A DNA stretch of 64,000 nucleotides, taken from the IMG/VR virus record IMGVR_UViG_3300038427_000078; one strand, written 5' to 3'. A program made the translations under genes and the position numbers. Within the stretch, counting starts at the first letter, position 1. Each line of letters starts with the position of its first letter. Positions 19,742-29,501 of the stretch are shown piece by piece. Source of the DNA: a virus. A model generated the notes under the pieces. It searched no databases and was not told where the DNA came from. It saw only the letters and a list, made by a program, of their open reading frames with translations.

Positions 19742-20263
19742 TCACTCCTCTTGTCGTTTGTAATGGCTTTCTCGTTGCTCAGGCGTTTCAGCTTGTAGCT
19801 CCTGTACCCGCTCCGAGGTAAGTATGGCGTGATGTAAAAAATGGCAGTTCGCACACAGCAGATCGCACTTGTCTAGCTCGGGCACGATAACCGTATCCCA
19901 CGGATACTTCTTGGGAGCAGAAAGTATCTTGGTCGTAATTGCGAAGAGCTTGGTCGAGGGATCCCGATGATGGAACTGCAAGGCTGAGGGATGATCCTGC
20001 GAACAATGGATGCACTTGCCTCCAAGATATTCGCAAGCCTTGATCTTCTGACGCACTTGATATTCGTGGATGTACTGCTGCTTCTCCTCTCTGTTTGCCC
20101 AATAGTGAGCTTTAGCCCTAGCACGAATGATCTCGGCGTTCTTGCCACCGTAGGCTCGGTCCCGCTTACGCTTCGCTTTACGCCTCTCAGGATCAGCGTT
20201 GTACTCTCGCATGTATGCAGCCCTCTCTGCTTTCGCCTCTACAGAATGTGATGTCGTAGCCAT
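19742..20263 (-). CDS. HNH endonuclease
   Basis: 'KCIHC...LQFHHRDP...KCDLLCANCH'. Confidence 0.9.
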   Translation of the reverse strand: MATTSHSVEAKAERAAYMREYNADPERRKAKRKRDRAYGGKNAEIIRARAKAHYWANREEKQQYIHEYQVRQKIKACEYLGGKCIHCSQDHPSALQFHHRDPSTKLFAITTKILSAPKKYPWDTVIVPELDKCDLLCANCHFLHHAILTSERVQELQAETPEQRESHYKRQEE

Positions 20264-20868
20264 ACTTCTAGTATAGCAAAGATTATCGGTAGAACGCTGG
20301 CCCTGTAATAACTGGCCCCGTTCTTTTCGCGTTGTGCCTTCGTGTTGATCTTGCGTCCTCCCGGATGGCTCCTGTTGTAGATGCCCTCGGTCGGTTTCCC
20401 GAACCGATCCAGCGTGAAGGCAGGATCCGGTACACCAGACTCTACCAGAATCTCACGCCGTTTCCGGTTGTAGAGATGAGACTCGAAGAGGATAGGGTTG
20501 GGGCCACGGATGTCGCGGCGTTGTCCCTCGCCCTTGAACCAGCGGTGCCCACGCTCGCATTCGAACTCCGGGAACTCGACGTAGAGTTGTTCCTCGTCTG
20601 CGTCCAGCACCGGCTTGCCTTTGTCGTACTGAGCCTTGGCCTCGATGTTGCCTGTCTCCTCGCCGTAGGGTAGACAGTCCGGGCCTAGCTCCTCGCGACA
20701 CTTGCGGCATAGCTCGCGGTTGCTGTCGTCTTTGAGGAGCGCGTCAGCGAAGCCCGCCAACTGTTCCGGGGTGTACCTCGCGTTAGGATCGAAGACTAAC
20801 TCCGCATCGTCGTCCTCAAGTTCGTCCTCGTCGGCGTCCTCGATGACCTCATCGTCAATGTCTAGCAT
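20239..20868 (-). CDS. Hypothetical protein (paralogous to the middle of 43538-44533)
   Basis: Acidic N-terminus, CxxC; shared 'YTPEQL', 'PDPA.T.DRFG', 'PGGRK'. Confidence 0.6.
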   Translation of the reverse strand: MLDIDDEVIEDADEDELEDDDAELVFDPNARYTPEQLAGFADALLKDDSNRELCRKCREELGPDCLPYGEETGNIEAKAQYDKGKPVLDADEEQLYVEFPEFECERGHRWFKGEGQRRDIRGPNPILFESHLYNRKRREILVESGVPDPAFTLDRFGKPTEGIYNRSHPGGRKINTKAQREKNGASYYRASVLPIIFAILEVWLRHHIL

Positions 20869-21271
20869 GCTCCTCCTTTGAGAAATACTTCGCGGCGAGT
20901 TGTTTGGTGCCTGCCTCCACGTACTGCCCGACAGTCACCGTGGTAATGCCCATGAGCTTCGCCACGTCAGCTTGCTTTTTGTCAAGTATTACGTTGTAGA
21001 AGATGGCTTCTCTCTTACGTGGGGCCAACTCTGTTAGCCTATTGTGCAAGTCCCAAAAGCTGATGGTGAGTTCGACCTTGCGCTTGCGCCGACCGCGTTT
21101 GTCGTAGATCCAGTACGCATACTCGATCATGTCGTGGCGTCCGTCAGAGTTGACGAGCGCACGGTACTCAGGGTAGTGACGCAGTACCTCTCGCAGCACG
21201 CGGTGAAGGGGCAGCGGCGCGGTGGGTTTCTTGTCTTTGGTGCTTTTCTTCTTGACGGGTTTAGTCGGCAT
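20855..21271 (-). CDS. Sigma-70 region-4-like HTH protein (phage sigma-like factor)
   Basis: 'LAPRKREAIFY...KKQADVAKLMGITTVTVGQY...G.KQL'. Confidence 0.7.
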   Translation of the reverse strand: MPTKPVKKKSTKDKKPTAPLPLHRVLREVLRHYPEYRALVNSDGRHDMIEYAYWIYDKRGRRKRKVELTISFWDLHNRLTELAPRKREAIFYNVILDKKQADVAKLMGITTVTVGQYVEAGTKQLAAKYFSKEEHARH

Positions 21272-21776
21272 CTTTGATCGCCACTTCCAGAGGTCGTAGC
21301 TCCTCGTCCTTGAGAGGCTGGCGCTTGAACTCACCAGCGATGAACCCGTACGATCCCATGTGAGTGAGCGGCGGGGAGTAAGCATGGATGGTGATAGCAG
21401 TGGACTCACCGTGATGTCTCACGCGGTGGATGTCCCACGGTCCGAAGTTGAAGGTCTGTCCTTCTCGGTAGATCAGGCCGTGCTCTTTGATCACTCCCTC
21501 GTTGGACTCGCAGTACCCGGAGCGAAGCCGACTCTCACGTACTTGACCGTGAACGCAGATGACTCCGCCAGCGGAGCCATCGTGGTCGTGCAGGCCGGTG
21601 TCGTGGCCGGTGTTCCAGGTGATCACCCAGCAGTTGAAGGTGGGTGTACTAGCAAGCTCCTTGTACCCGCGCCTCTCTCCGTGCTCTACCAGATGCTTCC
21701 AAAGTTTCGGTTGGCCTGCTACTCGCGTTACGTAATCGACTAGCTCGTCAGGCGTCAGGTATTTTTGTGCCATCAC
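21261..21776 (-). CDS. Cysteine dioxygenase type I-like cupin
   Basis: 'WNTGHDTGLHDHDGS...IHRV...AITIHAYSPPL..M..Y'. Confidence 0.85.
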   Translation of the reverse strand: MMAQKYLTPDELVDYVTRVAGQPKLWKHLVEHGERRGYKELASTPTFNCWVITWNTGHDTGLHDHDGSAGGVICVHGQVRESRLRSGYCESNEGVIKEHGLIYREGQTFNFGPWDIHRVRHHGESTAITIHAYSPPLTHMGSYGFIAGEFKRQPLKDEELRPLEVAIKDAD

Positions 21777-21796
21777 CTATAGTATAGCGCAACTGG

Positions 21797-22306
21797 TTAC
21801 TTTTCAAGGTAGTGCAGTCCAATTGCTAGCGCATCCGACTCCTCGAAGACTTTGGTGAACTCGCTGAACCGGGGTTGCAACTCTGGCAGGCGGGCGAACA
21901 CACCGTTCCTCACCTGTGGCTTAGTGATCTTCTTACCCTTACCTCGAATGGCTATCTCAGCTTGCACCGTGCGGGCACTCACCTGCTCCACCGGGACGCC
22001 TTTGAGCACAGCGATGGCATGTACCACCGTGATCTGCACGTTGGCTAGGTAGAGTTGGGTGCCGTTGTTGGCACCGAGGGCCGGGACAGTCTCGGTCACG
22101 ATCACGTCCGGGTGGTAGTCGTACAGCAACTCAAGCGTGAGGCCCACCCACTTGTCCGTAAGCCTCATCCTATACGTCTGGAACGCCTCGTTAGCGCCGC
22201 GTGGCGTGTGGACTACACCGGAGTCGATGTATTCTGGCGGTCTGTTAGCTAGGACAGACCAACCCGCTCTCGCGGCCCCTGAGTCAAGCGCGAGAACCGT
22301 CGTCAT
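21797..22306 (-). CDS. ruvC: RuvC-like Holliday junction resolvase
   Basis: 'VLALDSG...GW', 'PDVIVTE', 'ESDALAIG'. Confidence 0.85.
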   Translation of the reverse strand: MTTVLALDSGAARAGWSVLANRPPEYIDSGVVHTPRGANEAFQTYRMRLTDKWVGLTLELLYDYHPDVIVTETVPALGANNGTQLYLANVQITVVHAIAVLKGVPVEQVSARTVQAEIAIRGKGKKITKPQVRNGVFARLPELQPRFSEFTKVFEESDALAIGLHYLEK

Positions 22307-22601
22307 CCGAACCCTCGATGGGCTGGATGATGAACCCCAGCGCCCGCAGGCGGGAGATGTCTTTCTGCTGGGCCGCTACGTTGTCGCGCTTCTCGGGGCT
22401 TGCCGTGCCCTCCGCGAAGTAGATACCCTCCGGGTCGTCCCGGTAGTCCCATACCTGGCCGAAGCCAGTGGCCTTGCCGTCCTCATCCGTGACAACGGAG
22501 AGGGCCAAGCCGAGAGGGTGGAAGAACTTCCGGTTCGCCTCTTGGAGAAAGCCTCCGTCCAAGAACTCCTGCATGTCCATGTACTGAATCTCGTCAGCCA
22601 T
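22284..22601 (-). CDS. Hypothetical protein
   Basis: 'GFLQEANRKFFHPLGLAL'; TGCTATAGT -10 just upstream of ATG. Confidence 0.65.
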   Translation of the reverse strand: MADEIQYMDMQEFLDGGFLQEANRKFFHPLGLALSVVTDEDGKATGFGQVWDYRDDPEGIYFAEGTASPEKRDNVAAQQKDISRLRALGFIIQPIEGSDDDGSRA

Positions 22602-22608
22602 AGTTACA

Positions 22609-23391
22609 CTATAGCACAGGGCCGGTCAGCGGAGGCTCAGGCCAGTGGTCATCGTCCAGTGTGGTTACTGGTGTGCCGGATGCGATGGCCTCGTTGACGA
22701 ACAGGAACTTGTCGTGGATCCAGTCGATGAGCGGCTGGTTGCGGTGGTAGACAAGCTCGGTGAAGGCGTGCGGTCCTTCCTTCTGCACGCCGAGAAGCAT
22801 CCACCACTCTTTGTCGAACAGGTCCATGTAGAGGTTGAACTGGCACTCGTATTTGGCCTCAAGCCACTCGCTCAGCACGCGGTTCTGCTCGACCTCTTTG
22901 AAGTCCCTGGCGTTCATGGTCTTGTAGTCCACGCCACCCTCCCAATCGCCAAGAGTCAGGGTGCTCACGTCGGCGGATCCCGCCACGCCCACATAGGGCA
23001 GGTAGATCGCTTCGCGGTCCGTGTAGCGCTCGCCTGTGCGCAGCGCCTTGACCGCGTACTGCTCGACCGTGCTCTGATCGCAGAGGCCGTCCGCCACCAT
23101 GAGATACTGCAACCACTGGTGCCAGAAGTGACCGACCTGGAATATCTTGAGCAACGAGTTCGGGTGCGGCTCGAACACTGCGTGCTCCGGGTCGAGCGTG
23201 GCTATCTCGTACAGCGTGCTCACCGGCAGGATCGGATGGCTCGACGGGTGCCAGTGGTGGTCAGGCGTCTTGTCCTGGTATTTGTAGACCCACTGGTCGT
23301 CAGTATGGTTGGCGATGGCCTTTTCGAGAAGCGGCACCAGTTTGTACCGGCGTCCCATTTTGAAGTTGAGCTTACTCTTGTCGATCTTCAT
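22609..23391 (-). CDS. PD-(D/E)xK (Cas4-like) exonuclease
   Basis: 'GHFWH', 'GSAD', 'VDYKT', 'QFNLYM'. Confidence 0.75.
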   Translation of the reverse strand: MKIDKSKLNFKMGRRYKLVPLLEKAIANHTDDQWVYKYQDKTPDHHWHPSSHPILPVSTLYEIATLDPEHAVFEPHPNSLLKIFQVGHFWHQWLQYLMVADGLCDQSTVEQYAVKALRTGERYTDREAIYLPYVGVAGSADVSTLTLGDWEGGVDYKTMNARDFKEVEQNRVLSEWLEAKYECQFNLYMDLFDKEWWMLLGVQKEGPHAFTELVYHRNQPLIDWIHDKFLFVNEAIASGTPVTTLDDDHWPEPPLTGPVL

Positions 23392-23737
23392 GTTCTCCAC
23401 GCTCCACATCATCGCACATGCGTCGGACGGCAAGATCGATGTTGCCATCCATGTCCGCCAACACGCTGCCCTCGCAGCCCTCGAAGCGTAGCACAAGGAC
23501 GGGTTCCCGACCCTCTGCCCATGCCTCTCGCGCGATCTTCTCTAGCTCCTGCACGAACCGGGGCGCTTTGCTGCCGCCCGTGACCTTGCACTCGATCAGT
23601 TCGGTGTCGGTCCGCACGTCGCCGTAATCGTGGGCGGCTGCGCCTGATGAGGCAGACCGCTTCCCGCCGTACTTGCGCGCGACGTATTCCTCCTGGTCCA
23701 CTGACCGGCGCTTACTCGTCCCCCGCTTCGCCATCAT
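23372..23737 (-). CDS. Hjc-like resolvase/PD-(D/E)xK nuclease
   Basis: 'QEEYVA...SGA....GDV....LIECK'. Confidence 0.7.
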   Translation of the reverse strand: MMAKRGTSKRRSVDQEEYVARKYGGKRSASSGAAAHDYGDVRTDTELIECKVTGGSKAPRFVQELEKIAREAWAEGREPVLVLRFEGCEGSVLADMDGNIDLAVRRMCDDVERGEHEDRQE

Positions 23738-24836
23738 CCGCCTCCTCTACCGGAGCCTTCTTCGCGCGCTTCTGCTTCGCAAGCTCTTCCTGGGTGTGGA
23801 TCATGCTCTTCATCACGTCATCACGAATCACACCGTAGGCGTCCGGGTTCTCGGTGAAGAACTTCTTGGCCTTGGCGACACCCTGTACCTGTCCTTTCGG
23901 AAACACAGGGTGCTGTAGCCATGAGCCGGATGACTGGATCACGCCGCTGAGCTTGCCAGTATTCACCACGTCTGACACCTTGTCGATGCCCAGGCCGTAC
24001 TCCTCCGTGTCGATGTTGAAGAAGGTGAACTCGGCGCTCTTGCCTACTGCTTGCGCCATCTTGTTCTTCTTGAAGGTACACTTTATCTCGCGACCGACGA
24101 GGACTTTCTCGCCGTCCACCATGGAGTAGTATTTCTCACCACCGGGCTTGACCTGGATGCGAACGAGCGCGTGGTGCTTCAACGCCTCACCACCCGGCGA
24201 CTCGTAGAAGGTGTTGCCGTTGGCCGCACCCGCCTGTCGCTGCTGGTTGAGGATCATCAGCCCCTTGTTGGCCTTGAACAGCCGGGGCATGACCGCGTTG
24301 AGTCCCGCCGTGACCTGGCTGCTGACACCGTACGCCTTCTGCTTGCCACTCTCCTGTGTGGAGGCAGCACCCATCGCGCCGATAGAGTCGAGCACGATGT
24401 AGTCGATGTCGTAGTCGAACACCAAGTCGTAGAGCATTTCGAACGCTTCCTCTACGTTGTCCGGGTACTCGATGAGTAGGAGGTCCGGGTCGAGGCCGTG
24501 GAGTTTCACTGCCCACTCGACAGTCTCTTCGTGACCGGCGTGCGGCTCCATGGCGATCAGCGCCGGGAGCTTGCCTTCCTTCTGCACGTTGGCGAGGGTG
24601 CCGTAAGCCAGCACCGTAGTCTTGCCGAGTCCGTTGCTTCCGAAAATCTCGACCATGGCTCCGTAGGGGAAGCCTCCCTTGCCCAGCTTGTAGTCGAGCA
24701 TGAGCGATGGTGACGGCACCACGTTCATCTCGTATCTCTCGTTGCCCAAGATTGCGCTCCTTGCTCCGTAGCTTTTCACTGTCTTGGCGTGTATTCCCTC
24801 TAGCCTTCGCTTCAATGCGTCTTTGTTGTCACTCAT
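23712..24836 (-). CDS. recA: RecA-like recombinase
   Basis: 'VEIFGSNGLGKTT', 'IVLDSIGA', 'NQ.R', 'SPGGEALKH', 'KNK', 'GSW'. Confidence 0.92.
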   Translation of the reverse strand: MSDNKDALKRRLEGIHAKTVKSYGARSAILGNERYEMNVVPSPSLMLDYKLGKGGFPYGAMVEIFGSNGLGKTTVLAYGTLANVQKEGKLPALIAMEPHAGHEETVEWAVKLHGLDPDLLLIEYPDNVEEAFEMLYDLVFDYDIDYIVLDSIGAMGAASTQESGKQKAYGVSSQVTAGLNAVMPRLFKANKGLMILNQQRQAGAANGNTFYESPGGEALKHHALVRIQVKPGGEKYYSMVDGEKVLVGREIKCTFKKNKMAQAVGKSAEFTFFNIDTEEYGLGIDKVSDVVNTGKLSGVIQSSGSWLQHPVFPKGQVQGVAKAKKFFTENPDAYGVIRDDVMKSMIHTQEELAKQKRAKKAPVEEADDGEAGDE

Positions 24837-24984
24837 ACCTGTAATCTCCCATTAGCATCAACAGGTACCCACTTTGTCTCGCCTTCGGCAATAACTAGAA
24901 GCTCCTTGTATCCGCACAGGCACTCGCGATATGTGTGCCCTTTTCGTTTGACGAGGATCACATGGTCCCCATGACAAGTGTAGC

Positions 24985-25395
24985 TCATCTCAACCTTTCT
25001 GGCGCGTATTGCTGTAGTAGTTCTTCTGCCCACTCTATCAGATCAGATACGCGCTGTCCGGTCGGGTGGGAACTGCTCCAAAGCTCAAGATTCTTGATGT
25101 CGTTTTCTGCCTTTCCTCGCTTGTGATGGACTGTCTCGCTCTTGAGCAAAGGCCGACCAAGATGTTCTTCCATGATGACGCGATGCTCTGCACGTTGCTT
25201 ACCATCGACGTAAATGAAACGATAACCACTCTTGCGAAGCGTTCCTCCGGTAGAAGGTCTGCCCTTCTTGCGAATAGGGAACAGCTTACCGTATCTACGT
25301 CGTTGATCGTAGTGAGGTTCACATAGGCTGGACTTGTAGGACGGACGATCACAGTCTGGTCCTTGGCATGTTGGGGATTGTCGATATCTCATCAT
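24985..25395 (-). CDS. HNH homing endonuclease
   Basis: 'AEHRVIMEEHLGRPL...ETVHHK...ENDIKNLELW'. Confidence 0.9.
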   Translation of the reverse strand: MMRYRQSPTCQGPDCDRPSYKSSLCEPHYDQRRRYGKLFPIRKKGRPSTGGTLRKSGYRFIYVDGKQRAEHRVIMEEHLGRPLLKSETVHHKRGKAENDIKNLELWSSSHPTGQRVSDLIEWAEELLQQYAPERLR

Positions 25396-25412
25396 CTATT
25401 AGGGTTCGCAAT

Positions 25413-28400
25413 TCAAACATTGAGCAAGCGTCCTGACTCAAAGTGCCACCCCTCAGCCCTCTTGCTAGTGGGCGGACTGTGAGTGATGTTGAAGATTCCC
25501 ACCTGATGCAGTTTGAAGATCGCTTTGTTTTTGCCCCACTTGTTTGAGAAGCACGCGAACGACAGTTCATGCCTACCGAACTCGACGGTCACGATGCCCA
25601 TCGATGCGCCGGTAGCTTTGACCTTGGTCGGTCGTACTCCTGTAATGATACCAGCTATGCGGAAGTCAACTGCCTCATCGTCGGGGCCGAGAGAGGCGAG
25701 CACATCGTTGTAGTCGTCGCAGTTGTCGATGATGTCCTGGTTGGCTGCGATGACTTCTTCCGTATTGTCGGTGAGCACCACGCTCAGGTACTCTTGCTCC
25801 GCAGCCTGCTTGTCCTTGAGGGACCAGCCGCCCATGAGGTCATCCCATGCGCCGACCTCGGCTACGAGCGCAACCTTGCCTTCGTTGAGGATCTGTTTCG
25901 GAGATTTCCAGCCGACCGGAAGGTCGCCCGTCAGAGCCAGCGCTTTCTTTTCCTTCAACGCCTCGTCGTTGATTTCTTCCAGGTGTGTCAGCAACTCGTC
26001 CGGTGTCTCCACGCGGAGGCCACGGGCGTCCCTCAGTTCAGCGAGGAACGCGCCCGCACTAGACACACCCTTGATGTCCCCGAAGCCGAAGTAGATGTTG
26101 TCCTCGTACACATCGCATTCCGCCTGCGAGTAGAGGATGTGCGGCGGGAGCACCTTGATGCCTTTGCGCCGTGCCTCTTTGATGTACTGCGGAGTCAGTG
26201 TGCCTCGTTTGTCGTGCTCGACGGTGCGGATGCACGCGATGTAGAACTCCTGTGGCGCTACCCACTTGGCGTAGAGGCAGCGGAAGGTGATGATGGCGTA
26301 ACTGATGGCGTGGCTCTTGTTGAACGAGTAGCTGGCGAAGTCTTCGATTTCTGTCCACAGCTTCTTGGCAGCCTCTTCCTCGAAGCCTTTGTCGAGGGCG
26401 GTGTTCAGCCATCCCTTACCCTCCCATTCACCTGTGCCCTCGTAGAGAGCGGCCAGCTTCTCCGGTTGCTTCTTGCCCAGGATCTTACGCATGGCGTCGG
26501 CATCCCCGGCAGAGTAGCCGAGGTCAGCCATGAACCGGATGATCTGCTCCTGGTACACGAACAGACCTTGCGTGTGGCCGAGGATGGGTTCCATCATCGG
26601 GTGCGCGAACGTGACCTCGCTGCGCCCTTCCATCCTGTGAATGTACTCCCACTCGTCCGGGCCAGGACGCACGATGGCTCCAAGCACGCCAAGATCCTCT
26701 ACGCTGCGCGGGTGCATGCGCTCGCATAGCTGTTTACCTGCCGGTGTCTCGATCTGGAAGATTCCTGACACGAATCCATCCTCAAGCAGATCCCACATCT
26801 CATCCGGGTACTCCTCGCGGTCCATTCCGCTCCACTCCACGGGTTCACCTTTCTCCTCCATCAGTTTCTCCCACTCGTCAAGAGTGTCAAGGGTCTTGAG
26901 GCCCAGGACATCCTCCTTCACCAGTCGAAGATCATCGATGGTCTTCATCGGGAACTGCGTGGCAGGGATGCCCTCCTTTTTACCTCCGCCACGGAGGTAC
27001 GCGGGAGCGTAGTCGCTCAGGTCGATGTCAGCGATGACGATACCCGATGGGTGAATGCCGTAGCTCTCGTTGCGGGAGTTGGTGTGTTCACACATCTCGA
27101 TGAAGCGCTCCCGTTTGGTGCTGTTACCGATCCACTCTTGGATTTCGTCACCGACATCCACGTTGACGTAGATCACCTTCCCCGGCTCGATGTCCGGGTT
27201 CCATCCGATCTGCTCGGTGCCGTGGATGGCGAGTTTGTGTACGCCCTCCTCCACGATCTTCTTCACTTCTTTGAGTTCACCCATTCCAATCTCGCACGCG
27301 GAGGCGAGCTTGTTCATCACGGCGATGGGCTTGAAGCGTTTGATGGTGCCGATGGAGCACACCTTGTCTGCTCCCAGGCGGTCGATGAGGTACTGGCGGA
27401 TGTCTCCGCGCTTGGAGCGAGCGAAGTCGGAGTCGATGTCCGGGAAGCCGTCCGCACGACCGGCGTTCCAGAAGCGCTCGAAGTACAGTTCGTAGTGGAG
27501 TGGGTCTACGTCGGTGATACCTAGCGCATACGCCACTATGCTACCGGCAGAACTACCCCTACCCGGTCCGGTACGGATCCCGGTCACGTCGCAGAACTGG
27601 AAGATGTCCCAAGCCCACAGGAAGTAGTGGTCGAGTCCAGCCTCCACCAGAATCTCGCACTCATGCGCAGCTTTGGCCCACGCCTCAGCTTCGTTCTTGC
27701 TATCGGTCGGGTAGCGCTTGGCTATGCCTTCCTCCACCAAGTCGATGAACAACTCGGTGGCGCTACGCTCGTCATCCGGCTCGATCCACGGGCAGTCGGT
27801 CGGTACGAACACCGGCAGGTGCGGGCGATCAGCCTCGGGCAGATGAGCGGAGGATTTCGTACCCACATCATGAGTGTTGAGTATGATTTCCTCCACCTTG
27901 TCATCGCCCAGGTAGGCCAGAGCCTCGCGCACGTCATCCTCGCTCTTGATGCACAGCGCTCCCTCCGGGTGCCACATGCTGCGGGCCTCGGGCGGGTCGT
28001 AGATGGAGCTACGTGTCTGCGCAGCCAGGTACATGTCGTGGTACTGCCACTGCTCCGGGAAGGCGTAGTGTCCGTCGTCCCCATACGTCACTGCTACGCC
28101 GCGTTCTTCGGCTGCGTCCACCAGTAGTTCATTGAACACACGCGGAGTCAGTCTCTCACCACTCGCGTCGAAATCGTTCCACGGTGCGTCACCGGGATAG
28201 GTGGTGACCTCGATGCGGAACTGGTCGCCCAGGTTGTCTAGGTACCAGTCGAGCATCGTGTTGTCACCCTTGGCGAGTCCCTGCGGTACGTGACCGATGG
28301 GGCAGGCGGACGTGAAGATGATGCCCTCCTTGTACTTCACAATGTCCTCGTTGCTCACCCTTCCGACGTGGTGATATTTCTCACGGCTGGCCGTGCAGTT

Positions 28401-28700
28401 CACCAGTCGCCACAAGTTGCGCAGACCTTCGTCGGTCATGGCAAGGGCGATAAGGTGAGCCTGATCGCGGGCACCTTTCTTGAGCGTGCCGAAGTCGAGG
28501 CCGTGGTATAGCTCGCAGCCGAACACCGGGTTGATGTCCCGGCTGCGCATGGCCTTGTCGAACTTGATGTGACCAGCGACTACGCCGTGGTCTGTGAGTC
28601 CGCAGTACGGGCAGCCGAGTTCCTGAATGCGGTCGCCAATCTCATCAACTGTTGACCAGCCGTCGAGTGAACTGTACTCACTGTGAACGTGGAGGCTCAC
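25413..28700 (-). CDS. dnaE: DNA polymerase III alpha subunit
   Basis: PHP 'HVHSEYS.LDG', 'TDHG', 'GPGRGSSAGS', 'FPDIDSDF', 'YSFNKSHA'; no intein seen. Confidence 0.95.
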   Translation of the reverse strand: MSLHVHSEYSSLDGWSTVDEIGDRIQELGCPYCGLTDHGVVAGHIKFDKAMRSRDINPVFGCELYHGLDFGTLKKGARDQAHLIALAMTDEGLRNLWRLVNCTASREKYHHVGRVSNEDIVKYKEGIIFTSACPIGHVPQGLAKGDNTMLDWYLDNLGDQFRIEVTTYPGDAPWNDFDASGERLTPRVFNELLVDAAEERGVAVTYGDDGHYAFPEQWQYHDMYLAAQTRSSIYDPPEARSMWHPEGALCIKSEDDVREALAYLGDDKVEEIILNTHDVGTKSSAHLPEADRPHLPVFVPTDCPWIEPDDERSATELFIDLVEEGIAKRYPTDSKNEAEAWAKAAHECEILVEAGLDHYFLWAWDIFQFCDVTGIRTGPGRGSSAGSIVAYALGITDVDPLHYELYFERFWNAGRADGFPDIDSDFARSKRGDIRQYLIDRLGADKVCSIGTIKRFKPIAVMNKLASACEIGMGELKEVKKIVEEGVHKLAIHGTEQIGWNPDIEPGKVIYVNVDVGDEIQEWIGNSTKRERFIEMCEHTNSRNESYGIHPSGIVIADIDLSDYAPAYLRGGGKKEGIPATQFPMKTIDDLRLVKEDVLGLKTLDTLDEWEKLMEEKGEPVEWSGMDREEYPDEMWDLLEDGFVSGIFQIETPAGKQLCERMHPRSVEDLGVLGAIVRPGPDEWEYIHRMEGRSEVTFAHPMMEPILGHTQGLFVYQEQIIRFMADLGYSAGDADAMRKILGKKQPEKLAALYEGTGEWEGKGWLNTALDKGFEEEAAKKLWTEIEDFASYSFNKSHAISYAIITFRCLYAKWVAPQEFYIACIRTVEHDKRGTLTPQYIKEARRKGIKVLPPHILYSQAECDVYEDNIYFGFGDIKGVSSAGAFLAELRDARGLRVETPDELLTHLEEINDEALKEKKALALTGDLPVGWKSPKQILNEGKVALVAEVGAWDDLMGGWSLKDKQAAEQEYLSVVLTDNTEEVIAANQDIIDNCDDYNDVLASLGPDDEAVDFRIAGIITGVRPTKVKATGASMGIVTVEFGRHELSFACFSNKWGKNKAIFKLHQVGIFNITHSPPTSKRAEGWHFESGRLLNV

Positions 28701-28942
28701 TCGTCACCCTCGTAGATCAGAGATTCCCATACGTGTGCGTCGGACATGTTACCCGTCATCCACGGTTGCGGCTTGTTTTTCACACTCTCGGTTGTTCTTT
28801 TGATCCAGCCCAAGTTGCGAGCCTTGATCATCAAGCCTCCCATTCCCTGATTGACACCCCGATCAGGTTCGCCAACGATGTCCCAAATCTCATTGGTCGA
28901 TAGCTTCGGCAGGCGGCGAGCAAGATCATGGATCGTTTCCAA
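28697..28942 (-). CDS. Hypothetical protein (true start possibly frameshifted, see findings)
   Basis: Stop overlaps dnaE start; frame stays open upstream of the TTG. Confidence 0.5.
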   Translation of the reverse strand: METIHDLARRLPKLSTNEIWDIVGEPDRGVNQGMGGLMIKARNLGWIKRTTESVKNKPQPWMTGNMSDAHVWESLIYEGDE

Positions 28943-29063
28943 AACGAACGCGATGAACTCCTCAGACCATCCGCCTTCGGCTCTCTGAATATCTTCAATG
29001 GTGGCCTCGCTACGCGGGTCGCGTTCACGCCTGCGCTTACGTTCATGGCCTGCGTTTTGTGGA

Positions 29064-29501
29064 CTATTGACATGCCAACCCTTCCTTCCTTGCTGATTTC
29101 GATAGCTCGTCTGCGAGGTTGTTCCAAAGGCTGTCGTCGTGGCCTCGCACCCAATTCGGCTCGACGTAGGGATGGCGCTCAGCGGCGCTCTCTAGATCGA
29201 ACCACAAGTCTTGGTTGAGGTTGCGTGCTCGGCTTGGATCTTCCAGTCCTAGTACAACGTACTCGCTGTCTGAGTACAGTAGCACATCGCAGGGTCCGTG
29301 CCGCTCGTATACCGTTTCCAGACCTTCAATCGCAGCCGTCAACTCCATGCGATTGTTCGTGGTGTCGGACGCATGTCCGCTCCCGACTTCGGATTGTCCG
29401 AAGGCGTCGAGCAAGACATACGCCCAACCTCCACTACGGTCCTTGCAGTAGGAGCTACCATCCGTGAAGATGGCGATCCCTTTGCTCGGATCGAGCATCA
29501 C
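29064..29501 (-). CDS. rnhA: Ribonuclease HI
   Basis: 'IFTDGS', 'TTNNRMELTAAIEGL', 'YSDSEYV', 'WVRGH...N.LAD'. Confidence 0.93.
   Translation of the reverse strand: MMLDPSKGIAIFTDGSSYCKDRSGGWAYVLLDAFGQSEVGSGHASDTTNNRMELTAAIEGLETVYERHGPCDVLLYSDSEYVVLGLEDPSRARNLNQDLWFDLESAAERHPYVEPNWVRGHDDSLWNNLADELSKSARKEGLACQ

Noticed and set aside
22645-26729. Long + strand ORFs (312 aa, 386 aa) and the - strand ORF 10418-11233
   Set aside because: Antisense shadows of well-supported genes, caused by codon bias.
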